Of a stretch of DNA of 49,519 bases, positions 46,641 through 49,519 are shown in pieces. Location of the stretch: assembly GCF_001194135.2 (NCBI RefSeq), contig NC_068983.1:97666974-97716492 (forward strand). Direction: 5' to 3'. The notes below the pieces were generated by a model. That model made no database searches and was not told the origin of the DNA. It worked only from the letters and a program-made list of their open reading frames with translations. The position numbers and the translations under genes were made by a program. Origin of the DNA: Octopus bimaculoides (taxonomy: Eukaryota). The number at the start of each line of letters is the position of its first letter. The stretch's first letter is position 1.

Positions 46641-47149
46641 ATATACATGCAGACACACATACACATATACATACATACATACATACATGCACGCACGCAC
46701 GCACACACACATACATACATACATACATACATACATTCATACATACATACATACATACATATACATGCATACATATGTACGTACATACATGCGTATATAT
46801 ATATATATACATTCATACATACATGCACACATACACACATACATACATAGACAGACAGACAGACATGGTGATAGGCGGACAGTCAGGCGGAAGCATTATA
46901 TATAATGTACAAAGAATGCCGTTGACAAGTAGGTCACTTGGTGCTGAAGGGACACCATTATTGTAATGGCGGATTGATTTCTGAAATCAATAGCCACGTC
47001 TCTGAGGTCTTTCCCTTTGGTCCTGTCTGACATAGGAGTAAAAAATATTAGAAAGCGAGGATGAGCGATAGTGTGATGTTTTTGAGAATAGACGAATGAA
47101 GGAATGAGTGTGTAAAGAATGGAATTGGAATGATATATTTGACAAAGAA

Positions 47150-47396
47150 TGTGGTGGTGGTAGCGATGGTGATAGTGGTGGTGGTAGTAGTGGTGGTGGT
47201 GCTGCTGTTGTTGTTGTTGTTTTTGGTTGTGGTGGTCGTGATGGTAGTGGTGGTGGCAGTGATGGTGACTATGGCAGTGGTGGCGATGGTGGTAGTGTTG
47301 GTGGTGGGGCTAATGCTGGTGCTGGTGTTGTTGTTGGTATTGGTGGTTGGTGGTGGTGGTGGGTGAAGGCGATGGTGTTGATGTTGCTATTGCTGC

Positions 47397-47437
<41 letters not shown>

Positions 47438-47580
47438 ATGCTGGTGGTGTTGGTGATTGTGGTGGTGGCAGCGGCGGTGGTTTGTGTTGGGAGAATGGTG
47501 GTGGTGGTGGTGCTACTGATGCCTGTGTGGTGGCTGCTGTAGTGATGATTACGGAGGTCATCGTAATGGTGGTGGTGATA
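47150..47580. repeat. Compound trinucleotide repeat (GGT/GCT/GAT)n
   Basis: Direct reading. Confidence 0.9.
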
Positions 47581-47589
47581 GTGGGATTG

Positions 47590-47808
47590 AGAGAGAGAGG
47601 GAGAGAGAGAGAGAGACAGACAGACAGAAAGTCAGACAGACAGAAAGTCAGACAGACAGAAAGTCAGACAGACAGACAGAAAGTCAGACAGACAGACAGA
47701 GAGGGTGGAATGTTTTTCAGTGAAACAGGTAACTGAAGAGACAAATAAAGAGGACAAGCGAAAGAAAAAAAATAAGACAAGTGAGAGTTGGAAAATTAGA
47801 AAAAAATG

Positions 47809-47841
<33 letters not shown>

Positions 47842-47960
47842 GATAGAAAGACAGACAGACAAAAGACAGATAGACAGCTAGATACATAGACAGACAGACA
47901 CACAGACAGACTGATAGATAGATTGACAGAGAGAGAGAGAGAAGAGAAAGAGAGAGAGAG
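47590..47960. repeat. (GA)n, (CAGA)n-AAGT, (GATA)n and (GACA)n repeats
   Basis: Direct reading. Confidence 0.85.
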
Positions 47961-49045
47961 AAGGAGAGATTGAAAAAGAAAGGATGAGAAATTATGTGAA
48001 AGAGAGAAAAACAAAGGTGACAGACAGACAGAAAAAGAAAAGTTCGTATATCAACGAAACAAAACACACACAAAAAAAATGTCAAATACAAGAAAGAAGA
48101 GTTAAAGAAGAGTAAAATAAATAAAACAATAAAACAAAAGACAAAAAAAACACTTCAGAAGTGGAATAGTAGAATGGGAGGACTCAATAAGTGAATGAAA
48201 GAAAGAAAAAAGAATTAGAAAATGAAAGAGACTGAGCAGAAGACAGGAAATGGAACAGAGATTAAGAATGAGTGGGAAGGGTATAGAGAGAGAAAGAGAG
48301 GGAGAGAGAAACGAAAAGAAACAGAGAGAGAGCGAGTACACGAGTGAGATAGAATAATATATTGGAAGAAATTGCGTTTGTATGTACGTTTGCTTGTGTA
48401 TTTGTGCGTGCGTGCGTGTGTATGACGCTGGTCAGAAGCTATTCAATGTTAACGTCGGCCATTCTTCTCACGATGACAGGTGAGAATGATCTGTCATCAT
48501 CTCAGTAAGAAGCCTTTCCCTAACGGCCAACAGTCAATGGGATGGCGAATGACATATCTTTTATATGCCACATCCTTACAAATGGCTCCCGATCACTTAT
48601 CGTCTGCCACACAAGCTACACAACATTGAGCAACAATCAAATCGAACAAACCGGACAGACTCACTCCTTCTTACTTCCGCTCCCAGCATGCATCCATTCT
48701 TTTTCTTTTCACACACATCATTCCTCTCGTTTAGGAATCATTCTGGCACTTCTCTCCTCCCATACTTTTCTTCTATCACTCTTTTTCTTCTACTCGTTCA
48801 TAGACACACAATATATATAATATATAATACAATATAATATAATACAATAAACGATATATATATATACACACATATATATATATATATATATACATGTGTG
48901 TATGTGTGTATATATACATATGTATGTGTGTGTATGTGTGTATATTTACATATATGTGTGTGTGTGTGTGTATATATATGTATACATACATACATACAGA
49001 TACACGTTGGCGTTTATTTTATATTCTCTCTACGATTCACGCACA

Positions 49046-49088
<43 letters not shown>

Positions 49089-49464
49089 AATACTCTACAT
49101 ACAAGATGAACACTCAAATGCTGTCTCTCACTTTCTCTATCTCTTTCTCCCTCTCTCTCTCCTCTTCCTTCTCTCTCTCTATCTATCTATTTATGCATAC
49201 ACACACATACGCACACTCACTCACACACACAAACACACACACATACACACACATACGCACGCTCACTCACACACACAAACACACACACACACATACACAC
49301 ACACACATACACATACACGCACACACACATATTTACATATATATTCACACATAAATGTACGCACTTACATCCCAATAAAACATTTCACCATCACTCACAC
49401 TCAGATTTTCATATTGCAAACGGTCCGGCTGTTTGCCTGTCTATCTGCCTGTTTCTGTCAGACA

Positions 49465-49519
<55 letters not shown>

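Overview
Gappy eukaryotic scaffold with 11 N-gaps, AT-rich and saturated with microsatellites. The SINE families and repeat profile match what I recall for Octopus genomes; this is an inference, no search was run. Only one protein-coding unit is well supported: a single-exon CDS on the minus strand (18469-18981, 170 aa) encoding a signal peptide, one I-set Ig domain, one TM helix and a short tail, with a splice acceptor 5 nt before the ATG. The rest is transposon-derived: about 25 tRNA-derived SINE copies from two main families plus one CORE-type copy, decayed CR1 and RTE LINEs, R4/Dong-type RLE retroelement 3' ends sitting in (CATA)n arrays, and hAT and mariner MITEs. Notable structure not explained by simple annotation: (1) a ~300-nt structured element with HDV-ribozyme-like pseudoknot topology and a diverged homologue carrying a 343-bp direct repeat; (2) a twin-primed, 5'-inverted RTE insertion; (3) a SINE+RTE unit bracketed by one candidate TSD, and repeated SINE insertion at older SINE heads; (4) a 34-bp-stem pre-miRNA-like hairpin; (5) a four-SINE alternating cluster with a 46-bp near-perfect hairpin; (6) hammerhead-like relics. 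Nearly all other ORFs in the track are microsatellite or gap artefacts. Boundaries of decayed repeats are approximate.
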